Part shown: positions 1 through 9,814 of the stretch, piece after piece
Position numbering within the stretch: position 1 is the stretch's first letter
Layout of the letters: each line of letters opens with the position of its first letter
Origin: Euryarchaeota archaeon UBA23
GTDB taxonomy: Archaea > Thermoplasmatota > Poseidoniia > Poseidoniales > Thalassarchaeaceae
DNA length: 64,000 nucleotides
Direction: 5' to 3'
Assembly (NCBI GenBank): GCA_002498725.1
Contig: DAIJ01000008.1
Location: forward strand, 5,598 to 69,597
Notes under the pieces: model-generated
Database searches by the model: none
What the model was told of the DNA's origin: nothing
The model's input: only the letters and a program-made list of their open reading frames with translations
Program-made: the position numbers and the translations under genes

Positions 1-3000
1 GGAGGCGAAACATCTCCTCTATTATCAATGGGGGTAACTAAAACCATATGATCACTTAACTGATCAAGATAGACATTTCCTCCAATATCATGAATAGTTA
101 CGGTGACATATAGTGGAACCATGGGTTGTATATCATCAACAATTAGAGATTCTATATTATTCCCATAAAGTGCTTTAGTAGCAGTCAATTCAAGTTGGAA
201 ATCTGCTCCAAATTGCCGTTGATCAACTGTTAATAATCCACATGAAATTGGAGAATCTCTACACAATTCCCAAAGTATTGTTACATTATCTAGTGGATAC
301 TCAGAAATCCAAACTGTATAGAAATTGAAGTCTTCTGCTGAAGATCGATTCCAACGTATGTCAATTGCAGAGCCGTCATCTGGAAAGTGATCCCATGCAT
401 TTAGACCCGTGACTCTATCTGGAGCAACGGCTACACCTGTAAAATCTGCCTCAGGAGTTGCTTCAACAATTAGCACGTTATCGACATCAGAATTGCCCCA
501 GTCATCGAATGCAACTACACCTATCCAATATACGGTTCCATCTACAAGTCCACTAGTACCTAATGAGTCTATGATTACTGATGTTGTCTCACAATCGCTG
601 GTGTAAGCCGATACAGGCCATCCCTCAACTGTAGAAGGCGGCTGCCAACCTGAAGCTGGAAGTGCATATACTGCATAATATGTACAATCTTCTTCGAGGT
701 TCTTCTCCCAACTCACATTCAATCTACCACCTTCATCATTAGGTACATCTATTGCAGAGGTGCCTGTTATCGGCGAAGGTGGTATTCCATCATCTAGGCC
801 ACCTGCAGTAACTACAGGTCCGACTATAGTTGCATTAACTATGTCTGATTGGCCGGCCTCATCAACACAAACCGCAGCAAACCAATAAGGAACTCCAGCT
901 TCTAACTGAAGAATTGTATTGTTACCAGTACTCCAATGGAATTCGTATTCTCCTGTTAATCCGATTGCACTAGATATTTCTTGTTGAACTGCCCAAATAC
1001 GTGTACGATCTAGATCTATTTGGGTACAAGTAGACCATTCAAGATTGACTGTGCCTGCAATTCCTCCTTCTGTTATGTAAGCATTAAGCCATTCTGGTGG
1101 TTCTGGAACTTCATCCGTAGGTGTCGCATTAAGTGGGAACGTCATAGGCTCTCCTACAGAGCCATCCGCATACTCTATTGCTATCGCTGCTCGGTATGTT
1201 CTATCGTCCTCTAATGATACAATCTGGCCATCGTGATTTGCCTGAGTAATTGTTGCATTTGTCTGGGACCAGAAATTAGACCATACATAATTAGGCATAT
1301 CTCTTAGATCCTCTTTTTCAGGTACCCATACAGGATCGTCAGTAGAATCCCATACATACAATCTGTAGGCTGACCAAGCTGCATCTTCTGCTGGTAGCCA
1401 AGAGGCAGTTAGTACGCCCCCACCATCATTTGGTCTATCTGCCAATGAAGTCATGACTGTTGGAACCTCTATTCGCTGCCAATCATAAGTTAACCTGACT
1501 TGAATAGAACCATTAGCAGGAGATTGGAGTTGGAGTTGAAGGATAGCATCACCAGATCCTGGGCCTATTGCAGAAATTGCTGATTGGAATGCTTGTTGAA
1601 TCCCGCCATTAGTAGAAGCCATGTCCCAACTACCTGTATAATTTAGAGAACTTGATCGGGCCCAAATCCAACTACCTCCCTGAGGTGCACTCATTGTCAT
1701 TGTCCCAACATGCATTGGAAGTCTTGTAGGAGCTGCTGTAAAGGAAACTTCAGGGATTTGAATTGGATCTTCTGGAGTTACAAGGAAGGTACTCATTCCA
1801 GGGTGTGTTGTATCAGTGATATCCCATGACCTATTTGCATAGAGAACTGTAAGGGGTTCTGCTCTGCGTTGATACTCACGGGGCATTTCTTGCATACTTG
1901 TAATTGGTTTGTAGTAATGAAGGCCATCTTCTCCTACTACATACAATCCTGAGGAATCAAGGAATCCACTTTGCATCCCTGTGACTTCTTTACTACGAAC
2001 AAGAGAATGTGTAGTTTTGGCATCGATTACATCTATTCCACTAGGGCTCATAACTACCAAATTGTTACCATCAGAATGTATCTCAAAGGGAGGCCAAGAT
2101 AATAATGAATTTTCACCCACTCCTGTTTCCATTTTCTGTTTTGTTCCATTCCAGTGAACTATTGGTGCTGTATCTGTAGCAATGTGAACACCCCAATCAT
2201 CTGCAGTTATGGTGCGAACATCATTACTCGGAATCATATCTACATTGTAAGTGCCATTTTCTCTATCTGTTGCTATATCCCATGCAGCCACACCGGGTCT
2301 AGTGGGGCCCAACCCACTATGTGCAATGAATATCGCTGAGTCATGGTAAATGGTTGTGTTTGTACCATCGGGATTTTGTTGGATTCGTGAGACTGGTCCT
2401 GCATAATCGATACCGCTTACCGAATTGCCCATAAGTCCATCTTGGAATGTTAAAGTGGTTAAAACGGTCAAATTATTTTGCTCTAAAACTGTAACTCCAG
2501 CAGCGCCTCCTGCTAGCACTTGGCCCCCTCCTTGAATTGGAGATGGGATTGATGAAAGATGCTCAATTATTGAAGAGGGTAGCCCATCAATAGTGGTTAT
2601 TGGGTCATCCCAATCGTCTCGGGTAGTATTCCACATACCAATACCACCATGAGTTGCAATGAGGATATGGTCACCATATTCTAGGAAATCCCTCACTATG
2701 TTACTTGGTAATCCTGCAATGAGGCTGCCAAAGCCCCAGCTATTGCTACTAGTTGTGAAGGATTGGAATCCTGCTGAAGAACCCTCTCGACCCATTAGAC
2801 CAACATACATTGTTCCGTTCTCTAGAATTATACCATCCATTTGGGAATGCAAAGCAGGGGCTGTAGAAGATATTCTACGTTGTTGTAGATCAATAGACTT
2901 CAGACCACGTCCTGCCGTAGTAACCCAGAGAGTTTCTCCTTCAAGATGCATCTCACTAACGATATCTAATTGGAAGTTATATCCATATTCCCAACGAACT

Positions 3001-6000
3001 GATCCGTTTGAAAGTATTTGCCCCTGAAGAACTGATGAACCATAGTATGAATTTTGATCTAAGGCAGATGAAATCCATACATGAGTATCATTGGAAATAA
3101 TATCCATGACTCTACCACTAGCAAGACCGGCTAACTCATCGAAGCCACTAACTATCAATCCTGAGCTTTCAAGCCGATCTACCCTATTCAATCCTGTAGT
3201 TTGGCCCGACCTACCTACTGCATAGACTGTCTGACCTGAATTTGAAGGTGCGATGTCAATTGAACAGGCATCCATTCCAGGATCTAGAATTTGGCCGTTA
3301 GTGGTTGCTGTTCCTGAAGTTACTATCCTTGTTATTCCACCTACTCCATCATATTGATGTGCTGCTAAAAGCACATTATTGTGATGTAACATACCGCCTG
3401 GGAATATTCTATCAGTGCCAACTCCATCATTAGAATTAAGAATAGGTAGATATTGTTTATTTGCGTAATTAAATCTGTCAAATCCAACCCCTTCCGTATC
3501 ATATCCTATGTACAAAATACGATTATTCTCATCGCAGGCCAAAGCCCTTGGATCATTGTCTGACAGGCCATTGTTATTCCCTTCTGTGAATGATGTTAGC
3601 CACTCATTACTAATGCCGTCATTATCGCTATCTAGTAAATCGAACCGTGCTACTCCGCCCTGATTACCCCACCAACTGTATCGACCAATGGCAATGTGAA
3701 CTATGTTATCACATACCTGAATATCCGCAGGGTAGCCATCAGGGATACCTGCAGTGCCTAATTCCCAACCAGTCCAATTCCCAGTTGTGCCATTTTTCTG
3801 GATTACGTGAGCATCACGGTTCCAACCACTGGTTGAATAACTTCCAACCCAAAGATCATTCCCTACAATTTTCATTGTGTACAATCTGTCATCCCAGTCA
3901 TTGTCTATATCTGATGGAAGCCAAGAATCAAGCCATGTTTGATTATTTGGATTCCAACGGAGGATGCCATCCATACTAGCAAACAAGTATTCGCCTTGAT
4001 AATCAACCATTCCTCTTATCGGGCCACTTATATCATTCCATTCATTGAGTAAGGTCATGGTGTTGGCATTAAATCTACGAAGTGTATTATCTCCATAAGC
4101 CACCCATAATTCACAAGAACTAGTATTGAGAGGGAAACAGTCTCCCAAGAATCTTGCATTGACTCTCAATACGTTTCCAATAGTTGGAAGATTTTCCCCC
4201 CATGATTCATTTGTCATATTCCAACGAACAATGGTTCCATCTCCATTGTTATTATTAGTAGGTCGAACACCAATAAATAATTCATCTTGAACAATACCAA
4301 TACTATTTACAACACCACTCCAACCAGTGGTATCATCCGTATCAATTGAAGCCATATTGAAAGGGGTGGAGCCAGTAATATTGATCCTATGAATTTCATC
4401 TGAACTTCCTCCCCACCAACTGGTTGACCGCTGTTCAGAATAGTGTAAGATATCTCCAATGATTGGGTCGCTAAATATTACTGCGTCCGCTGGAATGGAT
4501 GAATCCGGAAGATCTGATTGACGATCCCAGTTCCATTCAATATTATCATTGACTACATCAATCAATGTGAATCCAAAATCTCCTCCTGCCAAAAGTGTTC
4601 CATACGTTGGACCGGGTATCAAAATGGTAACATCATCATCATTGATGTAGCCTTGACCTCCGTCCCACGTAGTTAGCCACTCTCGAGCGGTTAGATCAAA
4701 ACGAGCTATTCCTGTGTTCTCAAAACCTAAGTAAAGTATGTTATCAATCTCGACTGTTCGGGCTCTTTGAGTATTATCACCGGCAGTCCAAGTATCTATA
4801 ACACTGAAATTACCCATATCGACTATACCAGCGCCTTCATTTCCTCCGGTGTAAGCACGGTCTGAGCCTATCATCTCAATTGAATATACAAAGCGACTTT
4901 CTAGACCCTCCCCAGTACTAACACAATCTTGAAATTGGTACTGCCAGTTCCATTTGCAAGCGCCTCTATTTGTTCCAGCATAAATCCCATCCCCATCACT
5001 AGTAACGTCATAGAATACACTGGGTGTGTTCCACCATTGTCCTGAACCAGGAAGATTAGTCCAAGTCACTCCATCATAACGACTCATTTCACCGCGGGCT
5101 CCAACGAGAAGTCCTCCAAAATCATCCATCTCAAGAGAAAGTACATCGTCGTCAGGTAACGTACCTGCATCATCATTCCAGAATTCAGTTATATCTCCTG
5201 TAATTCGATCGATTACTAAAATTCCAAAGTCATACAATCCTAAGTAGACTATGTCTCCATCTACGGCGACAGGAGTGGCATCAAGATCATCTGCACCTAG
5301 TGATTGCCATGATCCCATGATAGAGGAATTTGATATTGCAACTCTCATAACTCCAGCATCCTCTGTAGCAAGATATGCAATTCCAAAGCGTGTTGCAACG
5401 GAACGAACGGAATCACTGTCAAGACCGTCAGACGTAGTGACTGTGTCTACAAGAGCCATTGCATTTGTATCTATAATAGAAATACCAGCTGTTGGATGAC
5501 CTATCACTAGATATCCATTAGTTGAATCATATGAAAGATCTGAAACTTGTGTTGATGCAATTCCACCAACAGTTCCCATGTATGAACCATCGACATCTAA
5601 ACGAAGTATGCCTGCATTTGTAGTACCAAACCAGATTTTTCCATTTGCATCTTGTTGAATCGCTGTGATTGGTCCTGGATCGGTTATATAATCACTGATT
5701 TCAATCGGATTCTTCCAAATCTGCTCAGATTTATCGAAGCGGTTTATTACATCATTACCGGCAACCCATATTTCTCCCTGAGCACCATCTTCTATGTGAG
5801 CCACTACTTCCATTGTTTCAATAGAGGGGCTACTGATCAAATTGATTTGATCACCAGTTGTAGTTTCGATATACTCGACTAATTTACCTGAGCCGTCACT
5901 AATTAGAGACATGCCCTTTGAAGGCCCGCGATCTGAATGTGCTGGCCAAGAGATTATTGATTCAGGATTACCAGTTAAACCAATATCTGAAATTTGTTGC

Positions 6001-7343
6001 TGAGATTGGAAAATCAGGGAATTCGTGTTGTACGCTTGTACGGTTGAACCAGCAAGAATATGTAACCATCCACTTGTAACCGATAGACCATGAATTTCAT
6101 TTGAAGATAACCAATTTGAAGTTGACCAAGTTGACAGCCAAGATTCTGAAACTGTATCTCGACGATTAATGCCGGCATCGCTAGTAGCTATCAATAATTG
6201 ATTGCCTAACATATCTAAATCTGTTATTTTATTTGAGACTAGATTATTTTGAGTGTTCCAAACAGTATTTGAATTTACAGAGATATTTGTTGCAAAATTC
6301 CCTACATTAGTTGTATAATCAATCAAATGAACTCCAAAACCTGTGGTCGCTAAGTAAATCGTATCAGAAATTATCAGAATATCGGAGGGTACTTCCGAAG
6401 CACCTGTCTGACAGAAGTCATAAATTCCCCAATCATTTGAATCAACTGTCAGATAACTGAGTGTACATACACTTGCTGCCCATATTGTTCCATAGTTGTC
6501 AGAGGTAACTGAGATTATTGGCTCTGTAGAATTTCCTGACTTTATTTCCGGTAAAATTGCTGAATCTATCAGACTTCTAGTCAATACGGATCCATTAGCC
6601 GTACCAATCAGAAGACGAGAGCCAGACTGATCTATACCTAGTGAGCGCCCTAATACATTGGATTCAATATCAATTATTGCCTTTGCAGCCCTTGTATCAA
6701 GATGTAGAAGATCGTCGTCCAACAAAATATACAATCTTCCATCGAAGGGATTTATTGCACTATCATGAATTATTACATCTTGAGGGGAAAATGAAACTTT
6801 AGGATCTGCGGGCCTTAATGCTTCAATTACCATATCTGTAAGAGTTACACCTGCCGGTAATTCCCAACTCGCATCGGAAATAGAATTTGGTCTTAGATAT
6901 GTATCCAAAGTACCATTCAAAACAGTGGGGGGGTTGTTTTCCATTGTATCCTGCCTACCAAGATCACCATAACCACGCCAGTCCAATATAGGAGTCTGTG
7001 TGTTCAATAATGTCAACTGAGGCTCTGTTGCCCAATAACCTGCAGATCCATTAACCGCGATTTCAAAGGTCAGATTAGAAATTTCGGCTCCTGGAGCGAA
7101 ATCCAAAATTAAGTCGGCATAAGCATATGTTCCATTTTCTGGATCGGCTCCAGTTGCTACTAAATCGATCCAGCCAGTATCATTTGATCCTGAACCACCC
7201 CAAAATGTCTGAGTTGCACGTCTATCTTCCTCAATACTCGATAATTCGGAGTCAATAGATGCTGTCCAAGGAAGTGTGACCATTAGGATGGTTAACACTA
7301 GAGCGGCCCTCTTCGAACCTAACTCGACCCCTCGGAAAGTCAT
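1..7343 (-). CDS. Giant secreted surface protein, N-terminal >2,440 aa (C-terminus beyond left edge); signal peptide, two-component-regulator-type beta-propeller (Y_Y_Y/Reg_prop-like) repeats and Ig/FnIII-like domains
   Basis: Uninterrupted minus-strand reading frame from ATG at 7343..7341 to position 1; the + strand here has only short ORFs. N-terminus MTFRGVELGSKRAALVLTILMVTLPWTAS is signal-peptide-like. Repeated motifs GKIWFGTTNAGILRLD, GEIWVAGNDVINRFD, GIARFD, GVARFD and W/G/D-rich propeller blades; FnIII/Ig-like segments towards the window start. Confidence 0.8.
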   Translation of the reverse strand, partial: MTFRGVELGSKRAALVLTILMVTLPWTASIDSELSSIEEDRRATQTFWGGSGSNDTGWIDLVATGADPENGTYAYADLILDFAPGAEISNLTFEIAVNGSAGYWATEPQLTLLNTQTPILDWRGYGDLGRQDTMENNPPTVLNGTLDTYLRPNSISDASWELPAGVTLTDMVIEALRPADPKVSFSPQDVIIHDSAINPFDGRLYILLDDDLLHLDTRAAKAIIDIESNVLGRSLGIDQSGSRLLIGTANGSVLTRSLIDSAILPEIKSGNSTEPIISVTSDNYGTIWAASVCTLSYLTVDSNDWGIYDFCQTGASEVPSDILIISDTIYLATTGFGVHLIDYTTNVGNFATNISVNSNTVWNTQNNLVSNKITDLDMLGNQLLIATSDAGINRRDTVSESWLSTWSTSNWLSSNEIHGLSVTSGWLHILAGSTVQAYNTNSLIFQSQQQISDIGLTGNPESIISWPAHSDRGPSKGMSLISDGSGKLVEYIETTTGDQINLISSPSIETMEVVAHIEDGAQGEIWVAGNDVINRFDKSEQIWKNPIEISDYITDPGPITAIQQDANGKIWFGTTNAGILRLDVDGSYMGTVGGIASTQVSDLSYDSTNGYLVIGHPTAGISIIDTNAMALVDTVTTSDGLDSDSVRSVATRFGIAYLATEDAGVMRVAISNSSIMGSWQSLGADDLDATPVAVDGDIVYLGLYDFGILVIDRITGDITEFWNDDAGTLPDDDVLSLEMDDFGGLLVGARGEMSRYDGVTWTNLPGSGQWWNTPSVFYDVTSDGDGIYAGTNRGACKWNWQYQFQDCVSTGEGLESRFVYSIEMIGSDRAYTGGNEGAGIVDMGNFSVIDTWTAGDNTQRARTVEIDNILYLGFENTGIARFDLTAREWLTTWDGGQGYINDDDVTILIPGPTYGTLLAGGDFGFTLIDVVNDNIEWNWDRQSDLPDSSIPADAVIFSDPIIGDILHYSEQRSTSWWGGSSDEIHRINITGSTPFNMASIDTDDTTGWSGVVNSIGIVQDELFIGVRPTNNNNGDGTIVRWNMTNESWGENLPTIGNVLRVNARFLGDCFPLNTSSCELWVAYGDNTLRRFNANTMTLLNEWNDISGPIRGMVDYQGEYLFASMDGILRWNPNNQTWLDSWLPSDIDNDWDDRLYTMKIVGNDLWVGSYSTSGWNRDAHVIQKNGTTGNWTGWELGTAGIPDGYPADIQVCDNIVHIAIGRYSWWGNQGGVARFDLLDSDNDGISNEWLTSFTEGNNNGLSDNDPRALACDENNRILYIGYDTEGVGFDRFNYANKQYLPILNSNDGVGTDRIFPGGMLHHNNVLLAAHQYDGVGGITRIVTSGTATTNGQILDPGMDACSIDIAPSNSGQTVYAVGRSGQTTGLNRVDRLESSGLIVSGFDELAGLASGRVMDIISNDTHVWISSALDQNSYYGSSVLQGQILSNGSVRWEYGYNFQLDIVSEMHLEGETLWVTTAGRGLKSIDLQQRRISSTAPALHSQMDGIILENGTMYVGLMGREGSSAGFQSFTTSSNSWGFGSLIAGLPSNIVRDFLEYGDHILIATHGGIGMWNTTRDDWDDPITTIDGLPSSIIEHLSSIPSPIQGGGQVLAGGAAGVTVLEQNNLTVLTTLTFQDGLMGNSVSGIDYAGPVSRIQQNPDGTNTTIYHDSAIFIAHSGLGPTRPGVAAWDIATDRENGTYNVDMIPSNDVRTITADDWGVHIATDTAPIVHWNGTKQKMETGVGENSLLSWPPFEIHSDGNNLVVMSPSGIDVIDAKTTHSLVRSKEVTGMQSGFLDSSGLYVVGEDGLHYYKPITSMQEMPREYQRRAEPLTVLYANRSWDITDTTHPGMSTFLVTPEDPIQIPEVSFTAAPTRLPMHVGTMTMSAPQGGSWIWARSSSLNYTGSWDMASTNGGIQQAFQSAISAIGPGSGDAILQLQLQSPANGSIQVRLTYDWQRIEVPTVMTSLADRPNDGGGVLTASWLPAEDAAWSAYRLYVWDSTDDPVWVPEKEDLRDMPNYVWSNFWSQTNATITQANHDGQIVSLEDDRTYRAAIAIEYADGSVGEPMTFPLNATPTDEVPEPPEWLNAYITEGGIAGTVNLEWSTCTQIDLDRTRIWAVQQEISSAIGLTGEYEFHWSTGNNTILQLEAGVPYWFAAVCVDEAGQSDIVNATIVGPVVTAGGLDDGIPPSPITGTSAIDVPNDEGGRLNVSWEKNLEEDCTYYAVYALPASGWQPPSTVEGWPVSAYTSDCETTSVIIDSLGTSGLVDGTVYWIGVVAFDDWGNSDVDNVLIVEATPEADFTGVAVAPDRVTGLNAWDHFPDDGSAIDIRWNRSSAEDFNFYTVWISEYPLDNVTILWELCRDSPISCGLLTVDQRQFGADFQLELTATKALYGNNIESLIVDDIQPMVPLYVTVTIHDIGGNVYLDQLSDHMVLVTPIDNRGDVSP

Positions 7344-7530
7344 GACAACAAGTGGATCGCAACTCCATCCCATTATGAAAGGCATGGGTTGATGATTTAG
7401 TGATGCATCTCCCTCTATAGAGGGAGTAATTAGAGGTAAAAGCGTGATACTGATGGCTGATAATATTAGGAAAATCTGTAGGATAGCATCAAAGAGGATG
7501 GGGTTGCCGGATGTCCTCGGAGGAGAGGCT

Positions 7531-9813
7531 ATGGCTGATGACCATCTGCGAAAAGATGCTCTGGATTATCATGCTCAGGATCCTCCCGGAAAGATCCGTG
7601 TTGAACCTACAAAACCACATAGTACTGCAAGAGAATTATCTCTAGCATACTCTCCCGGAGTTGCCTATCCATGTAAGGAAATTGAAGAACATCCAAATGA
7701 TGTTTACAAGTATACGTCAAAAGGTAATCTTGTTGCTGTAATAAGCAATGGTACAGCAGTACTAGGACTTGGTGACATCGGTCCTCTTGCAAGTAAGCCT
7801 GTAATGGAAGGAAAAGGGCTACTGTTCAAGGCATTTGCTGATATTGATGTTTTTGATATTGAAATTGATAGAATTGATGTGGATGAATTTGTTGAAGCCG
7901 TCAAGGCTATTTCTCCTACATTTGGTGGAATTAATCTTGAGGATATTAAGGCACCTGAATGCTTTGAAATTGAAAAACGGTTGGTTGCAGAATTAGATAT
8001 CCCAGTAATGCATGATGACCAACATGGTACGGCAATAATATCAGGGGCTGCATTGTTGAATGGCCTTGAATTGGTAGAGAAGGAAATTGATCAAGTTAAA
8101 ATTGTGATTTCTGGAGCAGGAGCTAGTGCTATTTCTTGTGCTAAACATTATCTCAGATTGGGTGTAAAATCAGAAAATATGTTAATGTGTGATTCGAAAG
8201 GAATTCTGACTAATGAAAGACTGAAAGCCGGAGAACTCAACGAATACAAAGCAATATTTGCACAAGATGTGAAAAATGGTGATCTGGCAACTGCAATAAA
8301 GGATGCCGATGTTTTCCTAGGACTCAGTAAAGGAGGAATTGTTTCTAAAGATATGGTAAAATCGATGGCTGAAAGGCCGATGATTTTTGCATTGGCTAAC
8401 CCTGATCCGGAGATAATGCCAGAGGATGTTTTGGAAGTAAGAGATGATGCCATTATAGCAACTGGAAGATCAGATTACCCTAATCAAATAAACAATGTCC
8501 TTGGATTCCCATACATATTCAGAGGTGCTCTTGATGTTAGAGCTACTGAAATTACTGAAAGCATGAAAATGGCGGCTACAAAAGCACTTGCAGAATTAGC
8601 AAAAGAACCTGTGCCTGATGATGTTGCTGCTGCATATGGGGGAGAGCAAATTCAATTTGGACCAGAATACCTGATCCCAAAACCATTCGATGCTCGGGTA
8701 CTAATTTGGGAAGCAAGCGCAGTGGCTCAAGCCGCGGTAAACGAAGGTGTTTCACGCTTATCCACTAATGAATTTGATTACAATGATTACAGAGATAGCC
8801 TCGAAGCACGTTTAGGTCTAACAAGATCAATTATGCGTGATGTGATAAATCGGGCTAAACAAGATCGGAAACGTGTCGTATTCTCAGAGGGAGAAGAGCC
8901 CACTATAATCAAAGCCGCATCAGAGTGTATAGCTGAAGGGATTTGTGACCCGATACTTCTTGGTCATCCAGAAAGAATACAAGCCGTAAAAGAAGAATTG
9001 GGGTTATCATTTGAATGCGAGACTATTGATGTAAGATATGATCCTCGTAGGCGTAGCTCTTATGCTGAAGAATTACTAGTCATGAGAGGAAGAAAGGGAG
9101 TCACTATGCGAGATGCAATAAATATGCTAAAATCTCCTAACTATTTTGGCCCTATGATGGTTCATGTAGGCGATGCTGATGGTTATCTTGGAGGTATAGC
9201 ACACAATTATCCAGATATTGTCAAACCTTGCCTCCAGACAATAGGTCCCGACCCTAATTCACACAGAATAGTAGGTCTGTATATGATGACTGTGAATGGA
9301 CGTTTGATGTTTATAGCGGATGCCACAATCAATATTTATCCCGACCCAAGAACATTGGCTGAAATCGCTGTACAGACGGCGAAAGTAGCAAGGAGATTCG
9401 GAGTTAAACCCAAAGTAGCAATGTTGTCATTCTCTAACTTTGGGACATCTAATGAATTACGAACAGATAGAATAGAGGAGGCGATTGCAATGGCTAGAGA
9501 AATAAATCCAGATATTGTTATCGATGGTCCAATGCAGGCAGATACTGCACTAGTTGACGAAATTCAGGAAGACTATCCATTTATGCAATTCAAAGGGCCT
9601 GCGAATGTACTCGTATGTCCAAATCTTGCGTCTGCAAATATTGCTTACAAACTTCTACAACGAATTGCTGGTGCTGAAATGACTGGCCCTATTCTTGAAG
9701 GATTGGCGAAACCTGCTCACGTTTTACAACGTGGAGATTCAGTCAGACAGGTTGTACACATGGCTGCTATAACTGCTGTAGACGCTCAGAGACATGCTCA
9801 TCAGAGATTGTAA
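7531..9813 (+). CDS. maeB: NADP-dependent malic enzyme, MaeB-type (malic enzyme fused to C-terminal phosphotransacetylase-like domain)
   Basis: About 60% identical by eye to E. coli MaeB over the full length (LAYSPGVA, GNLVAVISNGTAVLGLG, GGINLEDIKAPECF, HDDQHGTAIIS, ALANPDPEI, RSDYPNQINNVL, PTA-like C-terminal half). AGGAGAGG Shine-Dalgarno 5 nt upstream of ATG 7531. The track ORF begins at GTG 7444, which is probably an N-terminal over-extension. Confidence 0.9.
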   Translation: MADDHLRKDALDYHAQDPPGKIRVEPTKPHSTARELSLAYSPGVAYPCKEIEEHPNDVYKYTSKGNLVAVISNGTAVLGLGDIGPLASKPVMEGKGLLFKAFADIDVFDIEIDRIDVDEFVEAVKAISPTFGGINLEDIKAPECFEIEKRLVAELDIPVMHDDQHGTAIISGAALLNGLELVEKEIDQVKIVISGAGASAISCAKHYLRLGVKSENMLMCDSKGILTNERLKAGELNEYKAIFAQDVKNGDLATAIKDADVFLGLSKGGIVSKDMVKSMAERPMIFALANPDPEIMPEDVLEVRDDAIIATGRSDYPNQINNVLGFPYIFRGALDVRATEITESMKMAATKALAELAKEPVPDDVAAAYGGEQIQFGPEYLIPKPFDARVLIWEASAVAQAAVNEGVSRLSTNEFDYNDYRDSLEARLGLTRSIMRDVINRAKQDRKRVVFSEGEEPTIIKAASECIAEGICDPILLGHPERIQAVKEELGLSFECETIDVRYDPRRRSSYAEELLVMRGRKGVTMRDAINMLKSPNYFGPMMVHVGDADGYLGGIAHNYPDIVKPCLQTIGPDPNSHRIVGLYMMTVNGRLMFIADATINIYPDPRTLAEIAVQTAKVARRFGVKPKVAMLSFSNFGTSNELRTDRIEEAIAMAREINPDIVIDGPMQADTALVDEIQEDYPFMQFKGPANVLVCPNLASANIAYKLLQRIAGAEMTGPILEGLAKPAHVLQRGDSVRQVVHMAAITAVDAQRHAHQRL

Positions 9814-9814
9814 T

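Noticed and set aside
409-5882. Several 60-110-aa + strand ORFs in the first 7 kb
   Set aside because: They lie antisense within the single continuous minus-strand reading frame of the giant secreted protein. They are low-complexity and have no motifs.
7444-7530. GTG-initiated 29-codon extension of maeB
   Set aside because: The homologous MaeB N-terminus and a strong AGGAGAGG SD place the start at ATG 7531.
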